A DNA stretch of 64,000 bases from an uncultured Clostridia bacterium. GTDB taxonomy: Bacteria > Bacillota > Clostridia > Christensenellales > UBA1242. This document shows, piece by piece, positions 18,330-28,289 of the stretch. Position 1 is the stretch's first letter; every line of letters begins with the position of its first letter. The notes under the pieces were generated by a model that searched no databases, was not told where the DNA came from, and was given only the letters and a program-made list of their open reading frames with translations. Both the position numbers and the translations under genes were made by a program. The stretch is from contig CAKVID010000006.1 of NCBI GenBank assembly GCA_934754355.1, positions 2,004-66,003 on the forward strand, read 5' to 3'.

Positions 18330-18596
18330 AAAACGATAATAAAGGACATGCTTATCTTTGAAAAACTTTACAGAGAGCAAACATATGGTGAGAGTTTGCA
18401 AGTGTAGTAGAAGAATGTTGTAGTTTTCTCAAGTATCACCTTTTAGTTGATGGACTGAAAATTGATTAAGTTCATTCGGGTTTCTCCCGTTATAGGGATA
18501 GTATGTGTTGGCATATGACTTACAAAAAACTTGAATTTAATTGTATGTAGAAGGTTTTTTTTGGAAGCGTACTGCTCAACCTTCTACATTTTTTTT
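18330..18596 (+). promoter_or_regulatory. T-box-like leader (Ile specifier) with intrinsic terminator upstream of ileS
   Basis: Stem I motifs are AGAGAG (18372-18377) and GGTGAGA (18387-18393), with an AGTA box. The candidate specifier is ATC-A at 18435-18438. The terminator is tgtagaaggtt (18546-18556) / aaccttctaca (18578-18588) plus T8. I could not see a canonical GGUGGNACCGCG T-box core. Confidence 0.55.
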
Positions 18597-18612
18597 GAAT
18601 TTGGAGGGAATA

Positions 18613-21600
18613 ATGAAAAAACAAGATATTAAGCCAAATTTGGTGGCTAACGAATTAGAGATTTTGAAATTCTGGGAAGAGAACAAAGTCTTTGAGAAAA
18701 TGAAAGAGCAGAATAAGAAGACTGGCAAATACTTTGCAACAATGGACGGCCCTATTACTGCTAACGGAATGACAATGGGTCTTCATCATGCTTTCGGAAG
18801 ATCTTTGAAAGACGCAATGATTAAATTTAGAGCAATCAATGGCTATGATATGCATTACCAGAATGGTTTTGACGCACAAGGTCTTTGGGTAGAGGTTAAT
18901 GCTGAGAAAGATTTGGGACTTAATTCTAAGAAAGACATTGAGAAATATGGAATAGATAAATTTACTGAATTCTGTATGAACAAAGTTAAAACTTGTGCAT
19001 CTAAAATGACCGAGCAATCTATAAGACTTGGTCAAATGATGGACTGGGATAACTCTTACTTTACTAATTCGGATACTAATATTGAGACAATTTGGTATTT
19101 CTTGAAGACTTGCAAGGAGAAGGGTTGGTTGATAGAAAAATATAGACCAATGCCTTGGTGTACAAGATGTGGAACAAGTCTATCTGAACACGAAATGAGT
19201 GATGCTGATGCTTATCGTAATGATACTTGTCAAGCAGTATTTATTAAACTTCCTGTAATCAATGAAAACTTCAAAATGCTAGTATGGACAACCACTCCTT
19301 GGACACTTTCTAGTAATGTTGCGATTGCTGTTAATCCTGAACTTAAATATTCTATATGTAGAGTTAAATCTGATGATAAATTAATTTGTGTATGTTCTAC
19401 TGCAACTAAAGTATTGAAAGATGATTTGATTAGTGTAGAAAAAGAAGTAATGGGAAGTGAATTAGTAGGCAAAGCGTATGAGACTTGCTTTGAAGAATTG
19501 CCACTACAAAATTTTGTACACAAAATAGTTGCATGGGATCAAGTTGATGCAACCGAAGGTGCTGGCTCTGTGCATATCGCTCCTGGTTGTGGTGCAGAAG
19601 ACTTTGAATTAGGTCAGAGTATTGGGCTTCCTAATATTTGTCCTATTGATGAAGGCGGAATTTTCTACGATAACTTTGGTTTCTTATCTGGACTTGATGC
19701 CAACAAAGATGAAACTAGAGATTTGGTTTTTGCTGAACTAGAGAAGAGAGGCAAATTGTATTATCATCATGCATATACTCATAGATATCCTCATTGTTGG
19801 AGATGCAAAAGTCCAATATTATTTAGACTTATCAAAGAATGGGCTATTTCTATGGACGAACTTCGCCCAATGCTAATAAGTGAAGCAAAAAAGGTTGAAT
19901 GGCAACCAGCATTCTATGAGAAAAGAATGATAGATTGGCTAACAAATATGGGAGATTGGTCTATTTCTAGAAAGAGATACTATGGACTTCCTCTTCCTAT
20001 TTATGTTTGTGATTGTGGAGAGATTACCGTTGTAGGAAGCAAGAAAGAATTGAAAGATTTGGCAGTTGAACCAAGCAAAGTAGATAAACTTCCACACTTA
20101 CATCGTCCATACATTGATGAAGTTAAAATCAAATGCCCTCATTGTGGCAAACCGGTTGAAAGAATTAAAGATGTAGGCGATTGTTGGCTAGATGCTGGTA
20201 TTGCTCCATTTAGTACTAATAAATATTTTGAAGATAGAGAATTCTGGGAGAAGAATTATCCTGCAGAATGTGTAATTGAGATGAAAGAACAGATAAGACT
20301 ATGGTTCTATTCAATGCTAGTAATGGGTGTTGCTTTGACTGGTAAATCTCCTTATAAGAAAGTATCTACTTATGGCTCACTTCTTGCTCAAGATGGCAAG
20401 AAATTATCTAAGAGTAGTCCTAATAATATTCCGCTAAATGAAGCATTTGAAAATATCGGTGCAGATGTTATAAGATATACATTCTGTGCTACTAATCCAC
20501 AGAGTGATGTAATATTCAGTTATTCATCAACTGATGAAGTTAGAAGAAGACTTTTAGGACTATGGAATATATTTGTGTTCTTCAATACTTATGCAATTAT
20601 AGATAATCCAAAATTAGATGGATTTGAGCCAAAGAAAGAAGAATTGAATATAACAGACAAGTGGTTGATTGCTAGAACTAATGAATTTGCTACTAAATGC
20701 AAAGGATATTATGAAGAAGTTAAAACTTGCGAAGTTGTAAGTGAATTTGAGAAATTTGTAGATGAATTATCTAATTGGTATATTAGAGTCAATCGTAGAA
20801 GATTTTGGAAATCTCAAGAAGATAGCGATAAATTAAATGCATATTTCTGTTTGGAGTATGCTATCAAAAATATTTGTATGGTTATGTACCCTATAATGCC
20901 ATTTATGATGGAATATATGTGGCAAAACCAAGTAAGAGAAGTAGAGAAGAATGCAAGCCTTAGTGTAATGATGTCTGGATTTAAGATTGCTACTTATTCG
21001 ATTGAAGATAATAGCGTATTAGATAAGACTAATATTGTAAGGTCAATTATTGCTTCTGGTTTGAAATTAAGAAATGAAAATAATCTAAAAGTAAAACAAC
21101 CTCTAAAGAAAGCATTTGTAATTAGTCCAAATAGCAATACACTTACTGCAATTGAAGACTATAAGACAATTATCGAAGAAGAATTGAATATCAAAGAAAT
21201 TGAACTTAGTGATGATGTAGAAACATTCAATCTTCACTTCTTGACACTTAATTTCCGTAATGCTGGAAAGGTGCTAAAAGGTGATGTTCAGAAGATGAAG
21301 GTTGAACTTGAGAATACTACTGACGAGAAAATGGAAGAGTATGTCAAAGAGTTAGATGGCGGCACGGTTAATATAAATAACTTTGGAGAAATGCCAAGTG
21401 ATTTATTTATTAAGAATTCTAAACCAAGACCAGATTTTATTATGACAAGCGAAGACAATGTTACAGTTGTTCTAGATATCACTCTTGATGAAGATTTAAT
21501 TGATGAAGGTCTACTTCGTGAGATTATCCGTAATGCACAAGTATTAAGGAAAGAAGCAAATTTTGAAATAGACGATAGAATTGATATAACAATTATGTCT

Positions 21601-21765
21601 AATGACGACAAAGTTCAAGAAATTATCAATAATAATGCAGACAAAATTAAATCAGAAGTATTGGCAAATTCGTTTAATGAGAAAACTTTTGATGCAGATA
21701 TAAAAAAGGAAGTTGAAATTGGAGACGGCTACAAAGTTAATTTTGCTCTAAGAGTTAGTAAGTAA
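18613..21765 (+). CDS. ileS: Isoleucine--tRNA ligase (long, type-2-like form)
   Basis: The HIGH-type motif is 'GLHHAFGR' and the KMSKS-type motif is 'KLSKS'. The start is at 18613 behind GGAGGG; the track's TTG at 18541 lies inside the leader terminator. About 1050 aa. Confidence 0.95.
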   Translation: MKKQDIKPNLVANELEILKFWEENKVFEKMKEQNKKTGKYFATMDGPITANGMTMGLHHAFGRSLKDAMIKFRAINGYDMHYQNGFDAQGLWVEVNAEKDLGLNSKKDIEKYGIDKFTEFCMNKVKTCASKMTEQSIRLGQMMDWDNSYFTNSDTNIETIWYFLKTCKEKGWLIEKYRPMPWCTRCGTSLSEHEMSDADAYRNDTCQAVFIKLPVINENFKMLVWTTTPWTLSSNVAIAVNPELKYSICRVKSDDKLICVCSTATKVLKDDLISVEKEVMGSELVGKAYETCFEELPLQNFVHKIVAWDQVDATEGAGSVHIAPGCGAEDFELGQSIGLPNICPIDEGGIFYDNFGFLSGLDANKDETRDLVFAELEKRGKLYYHHAYTHRYPHCWRCKSPILFRLIKEWAISMDELRPMLISEAKKVEWQPAFYEKRMIDWLTNMGDWSISRKRYYGLPLPIYVCDCGEITVVGSKKELKDLAVEPSKVDKLPHLHRPYIDEVKIKCPHCGKPVERIKDVGDCWLDAGIAPFSTNKYFEDREFWEKNYPAECVIEMKEQIRLWFYSMLVMGVALTGKSPYKKVSTYGSLLAQDGKKLSKSSPNNIPLNEAFENIGADVIRYTFCATNPQSDVIFSYSSTDEVRRRLLGLWNIFVFFNTYAIIDNPKLDGFEPKKEELNITDKWLIARTNEFATKCKGYYEEVKTCEVVSEFEKFVDELSNWYIRVNRRRFWKSQEDSDKLNAYFCLEYAIKNICMVMYPIMPFMMEYMWQNQVREVEKNASLSVMMSGFKIATYSIEDNSVLDKTNIVRSIIASGLKLRNENNLKVKQPLKKAFVISPNSNTLTAIEDYKTIIEEELNIKEIELSDDVETFNLHFLTLNFRNAGKVLKGDVQKMKVELENTTDEKMEEYVKELDGGTVNINNFGEMPSDLFIKNSKPRPDFIMTSEDNVTVVLDITLDEDLIDEGLLREIIRNAQVLRKEANFEIDDRIDITIMSNDDKVQEIINNNADKIKSEVLANSFNEKTFDADIKKEVEIGDGYKVNFALRVSK

Positions 21766-21791
21766 TTAATAAAAAGACACCAAATTAATTA

Positions 21792-22184
21792 TTAGTTTGG
21801 TGTCTTTTTATTATTTTTGCAATTTTCGCATAATCCATAAATTACAACATTATTTTCATCAATATCAAAATTATATTTATGGGATAATTGATGATTAATT
21901 TTGTGATAAGGGCAATAATCTAATTTAATTTCAGCATGACAACGCTTACACTTTAGATAATGACAGTGGTCGTCTATATTAAGTGTGTATAGTGCAGTGC
22001 CTTTCTGGTCGCTTGCTTTGATTACAATATTTTCTCTTGTAAATGCCTCAAGTGTTCTATAAATAGATGATAGCGTTATATTTTCATCTTTCAATTGATT
22101 ATATATTTCAGCGGGAGTAAGTGGGGTACTAGCGTGACTAAGGGTTTCTTTTACTCGCTGTCTAGTCTTGGTGTTTTTTAACAT
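21792..22184 (-). CDS. zur: Fur-family metalloregulator, probably Zur
   Basis: 130 aa with a winged-helix N-terminus and CxxC pairs ('CKRCH', 'CENC'). It is divergent from a zinc ABC operon that carries a 7-1-7 box. Confidence 0.8.
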   Translation of the reverse strand: MLKNTKTRQRVKETLSHASTPLTPAEIYNQLKDENITLSSIYRTLEAFTRENIVIKASDQKGTALYTLNIDDHCHYLKCKRCHAEIKLDYCPYHKINHQLSHKYNFDIDENNVVIYGLCENCKNNKKTPN

Positions 22185-22336
22185 TATTGTTATCCTTTTA
22201 CAAATATATTTTATCCATTTAATTTAGAATTGTTTATATGTTTCAATTATTTTTCTAATATATTCTAAAATATTCAATTAATTTTGTCAATAAGACTTGA
22301 CATCTTGCATAAATTAAACTATATTATTGTAGTAAT

Positions 22337-22351
22337 TGCGAATAATTCGCA
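22337..22351. promoter_or_regulatory. Perfect 7-1-7 inverted repeat, candidate Zur box
   Basis: TGCGAAT-A-ATTCGCA lies in the zur/znuA divergent intergenic region, in the same format as Bacillus Fur/Zur/PerR boxes. A half-site-like 'aatgcgaat' occurs again at about 22367-22375. Confidence 0.7.
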
Positions 22352-22390
22352 TTTAGATGAATTTCAAATGCGAATGACTTGCATTTGTTG

Positions 22391-23365
22391 ATGATTATGA
22401 AGAGATATGTGAAAGTTATTTTAGCAAGTTTAATGATTGTGATAATGCTTGTAGGTGGGGGATACTCTATCTATTATTTTTCCAAACCTAGTGAAGATAA
22501 GATGGTAGTAACAACAATATTTCCTATATATGATATCACAAGAGAAATAATGGGCGATGACAAAGATATTATGTTGCTTGAAGATACGGGAGTTGATATT
22601 CATAATTTCAATCCATCTCTAAGAGAGAGTATGCATATAAGGAATGCCGATTTATTTATCTACATTGGTGGCAGTAGTGATAAATGGGTGGGAGATTTGT
22701 TACAATTGAAGACATCAGATAGTTTCCACTCGCTTAATTTATTTGATAGTATAGAGAAATTAGAAGAGAGTGATGAGGGAATAGCTGATGACCATCATGA
22801 TAAAGACCACCATCATGATGAAGACATAGAATATGATGAACATATCTGGTTAAGCGTTAAAAATATGATAAAGATGACAGACACCATATGTAATAATCTT
22901 TGTCAAGTGTATCCTGATAGAAGAGAAACTTTTGTAAATAACGCAAATGCATATATAGATAAATTAAAAGCACTAGATTTGGAGTATTACAATAATTGTC
23001 ATGGCAAAACTAACAAATTAATTTTTGCAGATAGATTTCCATTCTTATATTTAACCAAAGATTATAATCTTAATTATTATGCTTGCTTCAAGGGGTGTTC
23101 AACAGAGAGTGAAGCCACTTACGAAGTTAAGAGGAAAGTGATAGACGAGATAAATAATAACGATGTCAATTATATATTAGTATTAGAAAACTCTAACCAG
23201 ACACTAGCAGAGAGTATTCTTAGTAATTCTAAATGCAAGAAGGGAGTGGAGATTTTGATACTTAATTCTTGTCAAAGTGTAACTGCAATTGACGCCAAAC
23301 ATTTATCTATGTTAAGTATTATGCAAGAGAACTTGGAAGTATTAAAGAAGGTATTAGACAAATGA
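22391..23365 (+). CDS. znuA: Zinc ABC transporter substrate-binding lipoprotein-like protein (ZnuA/AdcA family)
   Basis: The His/Asp-rich loop 'DDHHDKDHHHDEDIEYDEHIW' is typical of ZnuA. There is an N-terminal TM/signal segment. The start is uncertain (ATG at 22391 or 22397). Confidence 0.85.
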   Translation: MIMKRYVKVILASLMIVIMLVGGGYSIYYFSKPSEDKMVVTTIFPIYDITREIMGDDKDIMLLEDTGVDIHNFNPSLRESMHIRNADLFIYIGGSSDKWVGDLLQLKTSDSFHSLNLFDSIEKLEESDEGIADDHHDKDHHHDEDIEYDEHIWLSVKNMIKMTDTICNNLCQVYPDRRETFVNNANAYIDKLKALDLEYYNNCHGKTNKLIFADRFPFLYLTKDYNLNYYACFKGCSTESEATYEVKRKVIDEINNNDVNYILVLENSNQTLAESILSNSKCKKGVEILILNSCQSVTAIDAKHLSMLSIMQENLEVLKKVLDK

Positions 23366-24066
23366 GTATATTTGAATGTAAGAAATTGAGTGTAGGCTAC
23401 GGAGAGAAAGTGGTATGCAAAGACATAAATTTTGCCTTAGAGAAGGGACAATATTTGTGTATAATAGGTGAGAATGGTTCGGGTAAGAGTACACTTATCA
23501 AGACAATTCTTGGTATTCAAAAAAGTCTATCGGGCAAGATTACTTTTGATAAAAACTTCAAAAAAAATAGAGTGGGATATTTGCCACAACAGAATGATTT
23601 GCAGAAAGACTTTCCAGCGACTGTTGGCGAAGTTGTAATGTCAGGGTTTGTAAGTGCAATGGGGCTTAGACCATTTTATAAAAAGAGTGAAAAAGATAAG
23701 GCAATAGAGATAATGAAATATCTAGGAATAGATAATTTCTATAAGACAAGTTTCAGAGAATTATCTGGTGGACAGCAGCAGAGGGTACTGTTAGCAAGGG
23801 CTTTGTGTGCAACAGATGAAATTCTATTCTTGGACGAGCCTACTAATGCTTTGGACGCTAGGTCTATAAATAAATTCTATAGTTTACTCAAAGACCTAAA
23901 TAATTCGGGCATGACAATTGTAATGGTTTCTCATAATATTGATAAAGTTATGGAGTATGCAACTCATATTGTCTATCTTAAAAATTCTATGACTTTTGCA
24001 GGTTCAAAAGAAGAATTTGAAAGTAGTGATATTGCAAAATCACTAAAGGTGGGTGAAAGCAAATGA
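23362..24066 (+). CDS. znuC: Zinc ABC transporter ATP-binding protein
   Basis: Walker A is GENGSGKST, the signature is LSGGQQQR and Walker B is ILFLDEP. It overlaps znuA by 4 nt. Confidence 0.9.
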   Translation: MSIFECKKLSVGYGEKVVCKDINFALEKGQYLCIIGENGSGKSTLIKTILGIQKSLSGKITFDKNFKKNRVGYLPQQNDLQKDFPATVGEVVMSGFVSAMGLRPFYKKSEKDKAIEIMKYLGIDNFYKTSFRELSGGQQQRVLLARALCATDEILFLDEPTNALDARSINKFYSLLKDLNNSGMTIVMVSHNIDKVMEYATHIVYLKNSMTFAGSKEEFESSDIAKSLKVGESK

Positions 24067-24923
24067 GTATTTGGACAGAATTATCTTATTGTCTGCAAGA
24101 CGAGACAATAATTAGGTCTTTGATAGTAGGCGGGCTTATTGCTCTATGTTGTGCAATACTTGGTGTTATTCTTGTACTAAAAAGATATGCTATGATTGGA
24201 GATGGTTTGTCTCATGTGGCTTTTGGTGCAATGACGATTGCTACGGTTTTAACTCTGGCAGATATGTATTTTATGTTGCCAATAACAATTATTGTAGCAA
24301 TACTACTTATTCGTCTTACAAATAAAGGAAAAGTGAAAAATGATAGTGCTATAGCAATGTTGTCTGTAGGTTCACTTGCTTTTGGATATTTGATAGTTAA
24401 TTTATTCTCAACATCGGCTAATATTAGCGGAGATGTATGTAGCACATTATTTGGTTCAACTTCTATCCTTACACTTAGCACTCTTGATGTGTGGATTTGT
24501 GTGGGTTTAACTCTTGTGGTTTTGGTTTATTTTATATTTTTCCATAATAAAATATTTGCTATGACATTTGATGAAGACTTTGCCAAGTCTACTGGTGTAA
24601 AAACTGCTATTTATAATAATATAATGGCGGTAATTATTGGAGTGGTTATAGTCCTTGCTATGAAATTAGTTGGGTCTCTACTTATATCTGCCTTGATAGT
24701 ATTTCCAGCACTTAGTGCAATTAGATTGTTTAAATCTTACAAGATGGTTATAATATTCTCAAGTATAATAAGTGTATTTAATGCATTGATAGGAATAATG
24801 TTATCTCTTGTTTTGGGAGATAGGGGAACTCCTGTTGGGGCAACAATTGTTGTTATTAATATTTTCGTTTATTTCATATGTTGGCTAGTAGATATAATAA
24901 TTCATAATGTAAAGAGGGCATAA
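24063..24923 (+). CDS. znuB: Zinc ABC transporter permease
   Basis: 286 aa, polytopic, ABC-3 family-like. It overlaps znuC by 4 nt. Confidence 0.85.
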   Translation: MSIWTELSYCLQDETIIRSLIVGGLIALCCAILGVILVLKRYAMIGDGLSHVAFGAMTIATVLTLADMYFMLPITIIVAILLIRLTNKGKVKNDSAIAMLSVGSLAFGYLIVNLFSTSANISGDVCSTLFGSTSILTLSTLDVWICVGLTLVVLVYFIFFHNKIFAMTFDEDFAKSTGVKTAIYNNIMAVIIGVVIVLAMKLVGSLLISALIVFPALSAIRLFKSYKMVIIFSSIISVFNALIGIMLSLVLGDRGTPVGATIVVINIFVYFICWLVDIIIHNVKRA

Positions 24924-24925
24924 GT

Positions 24926-25309
24926 ATGAGAAAAATTTGGAAAAATTGTGTACTTTTTGTTGCAATTGTGCTAATATGTATTACAATAACTGCATGTGGC
25001 GGAAGTACTAGGATTAATTATGATTTGACGGCAAGTGATACTTATGCTACTTCAACTATTCGGAATATTGAGAAAGACCCATATAAATATAGTGGCAAGA
25101 CTATTAAAGTGCGTGGGAAATTAAATGGCAGTAGTAGTTATTATACTCTAAATGAGAATGCAAGTTGTTGTAATTGGGCGTTTGAAGTAAAAATGGACAA
25201 TGTAACACCTCCAAAGAGTGGAACTAATGTTACAATTACAGGTAAGTGTGTAGTAGAGAAGATAAATGGTCGTACATCGTGGTATGTAAATGTAAGTAAG
25301 ATTAATTGA
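24926..25309 (+). CDS. Small lipoprotein of unknown function at the end of the zinc operon
   Basis: Signal peptide with the lipobox ITAC-G. 127 aa. It starts 2 nt after znuB. Confidence 0.6.
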   Translation: MRKIWKNCVLFVAIVLICITITACGGSTRINYDLTASDTYATSTIRNIEKDPYKYSGKTIKVRGKLNGSSSYYTLNENASCCNWAFEVKMDNVTPPKSGTNVTITGKCVVEKINGRTSWYVNVSKIN

Positions 25310-25322
25310 TTAGGAGTAAACA

Positions 25323-26015
25323 ATGGAAGAATTGAATGTAGTGTATGAAGACAATCACATAATTGTGGTTATTAAGCCTCAGAATATACCTACTCAAGAA
25401 GATGATAGCAAAGACAAAGATTTGCTAACTATGGTCAAAGAATATATCAAAATTAAAGAAAATAAGCTGGGCAATGTATATGTTGGACTTGTGCATAGAC
25501 TAGATAGACCAACAGGTGGACTTATGGTTTTTGCCAAGACTAGCAAGGCTGCAAGTAGACTTACTCAAGAAATGCATACAGGCGACTTTAAGAAGAGATA
25601 TCTAACAGTAGTAGTTGGCAAGCCTAGAGATAAGAGAGCCAAACTTGTAAATTATCTAATGAAGAATGCTAGAACTAATACTGTTCAAGTAGTTCCAGAA
25701 CTTACTACTAATGCCAAAAGAGCCGAACTTGAATATCAAGTACTTGATGAGAAAGAGAAAGTCTCTTTGGTGGAAGTACAATTGTTAACTGGAAGAAGTC
25801 ATCAGATAAGAGTGCAAATGAAACATATTGGTTGTCCAGTTTATGGCGATGTTAAGTATGGTGGAGATAGTCTTGCAAAGGGGCATAATCTAGCACTATG
25901 GGCATATGAACTAAAATTTATACACCCAACAACCAAAGAAAATATGACTTTCAAATGCTATCCTCCAGAAGATATTGTTCCTTGGAATGTATTTAATCTA
26001 AATATTGTTAAATAA
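25323..26015 (+). CDS. RluA-family pseudouridine synthase (no S4 domain)
   Basis: The catalytic motif is 'HRLDRPTGGLMVFA', with 'GRSHQIRVQM'. Confidence 0.85.
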   Translation: MEELNVVYEDNHIIVVIKPQNIPTQEDDSKDKDLLTMVKEYIKIKENKLGNVYVGLVHRLDRPTGGLMVFAKTSKAASRLTQEMHTGDFKKRYLTVVVGKPRDKRAKLVNYLMKNARTNTVQVVPELTTNAKRAELEYQVLDEKEKVSLVEVQLLTGRSHQIRVQMKHIGCPVYGDVKYGGDSLAKGHNLALWAYELKFIHPTTKENMTFKCYPPEDIVPWNVFNLNIVK

Positions 26016-26024
26016 ATAAAAAAA

Positions 26025-26050
26025 GTGAGCCAATTACGGCTCACTTTTTT
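26025..26050 (+). terminator. Rho-independent terminator
   Basis: gtgagcc...ggctcac plus TTTTTT. Confidence 0.75.
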
Positions 26051-26126
26051 GGTGTAAGAATACACCAGTAAAGGAAAAATGTTTTATAGGGAAATTGTTA
26101 TAGAATAACAATTGTTTTTGTTGGTT

Positions 26127-27755
26127 TTACATTCCGTATGCGTTAGGTATAGCGTTGGGGTCTTTTACATTGATTTTGTCTTCAATATCGCACACTAGAA
26201 CTTCGGTTGTAAGAAGTGTAGATGCTACACTTCCAGCATTTTCAAGTGCTGAACGAGTTACTTTTGTTGGGTCAATAATTCCTTGCTCTATCATGTCTAC
26301 ATACTCATTTGTTAATGCATTATAGCCATAATTTTTAGATTTATTTTGTAGAATATTGTTGATTACTACTCCGCCATCTATTCCGGCATTCTGTGTAATC
26401 ATTTTAATTGGAGCATACAAAGATTTTAAAACTATCTCTGCACCAGTTTTTTCGTCTCCGCTTAATGTTTTTGCTAATTTCTCTACGCTTTCTACGCAAT
26501 TAATTAGAGCAATTCCGCCTCCACATACAATGCCTTCTTGTGTGGCACTTTTGGTGGCTTCAATAGCGTCTTCAATACGCAGTTTCTTTTCTTGCATTTC
26601 TACTTCGGTGGCGCTTCCTACATAAATAACGGCAATGCCTCCTATAAGTTTTGCAAGTCTTTCTTGCAAACGATTTTTGTCAAATTCATTATCGCAAGTA
26701 TCTATTTGACCCTTGATTTCATTTACTCTATTTTGAATACTATCGTGAGTACCAGCACCACCAGATATAGTTGTGCTATCTTTGGTTACTTTGATATTGG
26801 TTGCATAACCTAATTTGGATATATCTGTGTCTTTTAGTTCAAAACCTAATTCATCGCATATAAATGTGCCGTGGGTTAGAACTGCAATGTCTTCACACAA
26901 TGCTTTACGCTTATCTGCGTATGCAGGGGCTTTGACAGCAACGACATTTAATGCTCCTCTTAATTTATTAAGCACAAGAGTGCTAAGAACTTCATTTTCT
27001 ATATCTTCGGCAATTATTAGTAGTCCTTTGCCACTTTGTGAAACTGCTTCAAGAACCCCAATAATGTCTCCTAAATTTTTAATCTTTTTGTCTGTAATTA
27101 AAATGTAAGCATCATTTAGCAAACATTCCATTTTGTCTGTATTAGTAACCATGTAAGGGGATAGATAACCTCTATCAAATTGCATTCCTTCTACTATTTT
27201 TAGTTCTGTCTTTAGAGTTTTGCTTTCTTCTACTGTAATTACTCCATCTCTGCCTACTTTCTCAAAGCCTTCGGCAATAAGTCTACCTATTTCTTCATCT
27301 CCAGCACTAATTGATGCTACTTGGAATATTTCTTTGGTGCTAGAAACTGGAATGGAGATTTCTTTCAGATGATTGGTTGCTACTTCAATTCCTTTCTGAA
27401 TACCTTTTCTAAGTATAACAGGATTTGCTCCAGCGGTATAATTCTTGATACCCTCACTTACAATACTTTCGGCAAGAATACACGCTGTTGTTGTTCCATC
27501 TCCTGCTATTTCATTGGTTCTAATACTTACTTCCTTGATTAAATTTGCGCCCATGTTTTCATATGGGTCAGGAAGAGATATTTCTTTGGCAATTGTCACT
27601 CCATCATTTGTAATAAGTGGTGTGGCAAATTTTCTATCTAATACTACATTTCTTCCTTTTGGTCCAAGAGTTATTTTAACTGCACTGGTTAATTTTTTAA
27701 CTCCTGCTTCTAATTTTTTGATTGCTTCAAATCCGCTAATTATTTGTTTTGACAT
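26127..27755 (-). CDS. groL: Chaperonin GroEL
   Basis: 542 aa with 'AGDGTTTA', 'VEGMQFDRGY' and a C-terminal ...YGM. Confidence 0.97.
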   Translation of the reverse strand: MSKQIISGFEAIKKLEAGVKKLTSAVKITLGPKGRNVVLDRKFATPLITNDGVTIAKEISLPDPYENMGANLIKEVSIRTNEIAGDGTTTACILAESIVSEGIKNYTAGANPVILRKGIQKGIEVATNHLKEISIPVSSTKEIFQVASISAGDEEIGRLIAEGFEKVGRDGVITVEESKTLKTELKIVEGMQFDRGYLSPYMVTNTDKMECLLNDAYILITDKKIKNLGDIIGVLEAVSQSGKGLLIIAEDIENEVLSTLVLNKLRGALNVVAVKAPAYADKRKALCEDIAVLTHGTFICDELGFELKDTDISKLGYATNIKVTKDSTTISGGAGTHDSIQNRVNEIKGQIDTCDNEFDKNRLQERLAKLIGGIAVIYVGSATEVEMQEKKLRIEDAIEATKSATQEGIVCGGGIALINCVESVEKLAKTLSGDEKTGAEIVLKSLYAPIKMITQNAGIDGGVVINNILQNKSKNYGYNALTNEYVDMIEQGIIDPTKVTRSALENAGSVASTLLTTEVLVCDIEDKINVKDPNAIPNAYGM

Positions 27756-27769
27756 TTGTACTTATCTCC

Positions 27770-28051
27770 TTATTTTTCAATTATTGCTAAAATATCTTTT
27801 TCTTTGATAATGGTGTAAATTTGATTACCAATTTTGAATTCATTTCCATTAAACTTATTGAAAATTACTTGGTCGCCAAGTTTTACTTCAAATTCCACAT
27901 CTTTGCCGTCTAATTTTCCAGTACCAAGAGCAACAACTTCGCTAATTTCTGGTTGCTTGGCTATTTCTGGTAGAATTATATTGCCAATTTTTTCGTTTTT
28001 GACTGGAAGAGTTTTGACTACAACTCTATCAAATAATGGTTTTAATTTCAT
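27770..28051 (-). CDS. groS: Co-chaperonin GroES
   Basis: 93 aa beginning 'MKLKPLFDRVVVK', 14 nt upstream of groEL. Confidence 0.95.
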   Translation of the reverse strand: MKLKPLFDRVVVKTLPVKNEKIGNIILPEIAKQPEISEVVALGTGKLDGKDVEFEVKLGDQVIFNKFNGNEFKIGNQIYTIIKEKDILAIIEK

Positions 28052-28123
28052 ACTTTTCTCCTTATGTATTATTTAGTTTACAAAAATCATAAGCAAAATC
28101 CAAAATCCAATTGTATTTATTTT

Positions 28124-28152
28124 TTGTCATGTTATGCAAAGTTTTGTATAAT
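28124..28152 (+). promoter_or_regulatory. Sigma-A-type promoter
   Basis: TTGTCA (28124-28129), 17 nt, TATAAT (28147-28152). Confidence 0.55.
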
Positions 28153-28289
28153 TTGTAAGTTTAACTAATATATATAAATTAAATAATGTGCATAACGGCA
28201 AACAAAAAATAAAAGGCAAAGTGAGATGAACTTTTGTCTTTTGAAAATTTTTGTATACTAATTATATTTTTGTTATAGCACACGCTAAT

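Noticed and set aside
18541-18612. TTG start at 18541 extending ileS by 24 codons
   Set aside because: The extension lies inside the leader terminator hairpin and its U-run. GGAGGG precedes the ATG at 18613, which begins the conserved IleRS N-terminus.
28052-28250. Looked for a CIRCE operator (TTAGCACTC-N9-GAGTGCTAA) upstream of groES
   Set aside because: No match or close variant is visible on either strand, so HrcA control cannot be supported from this sequence.
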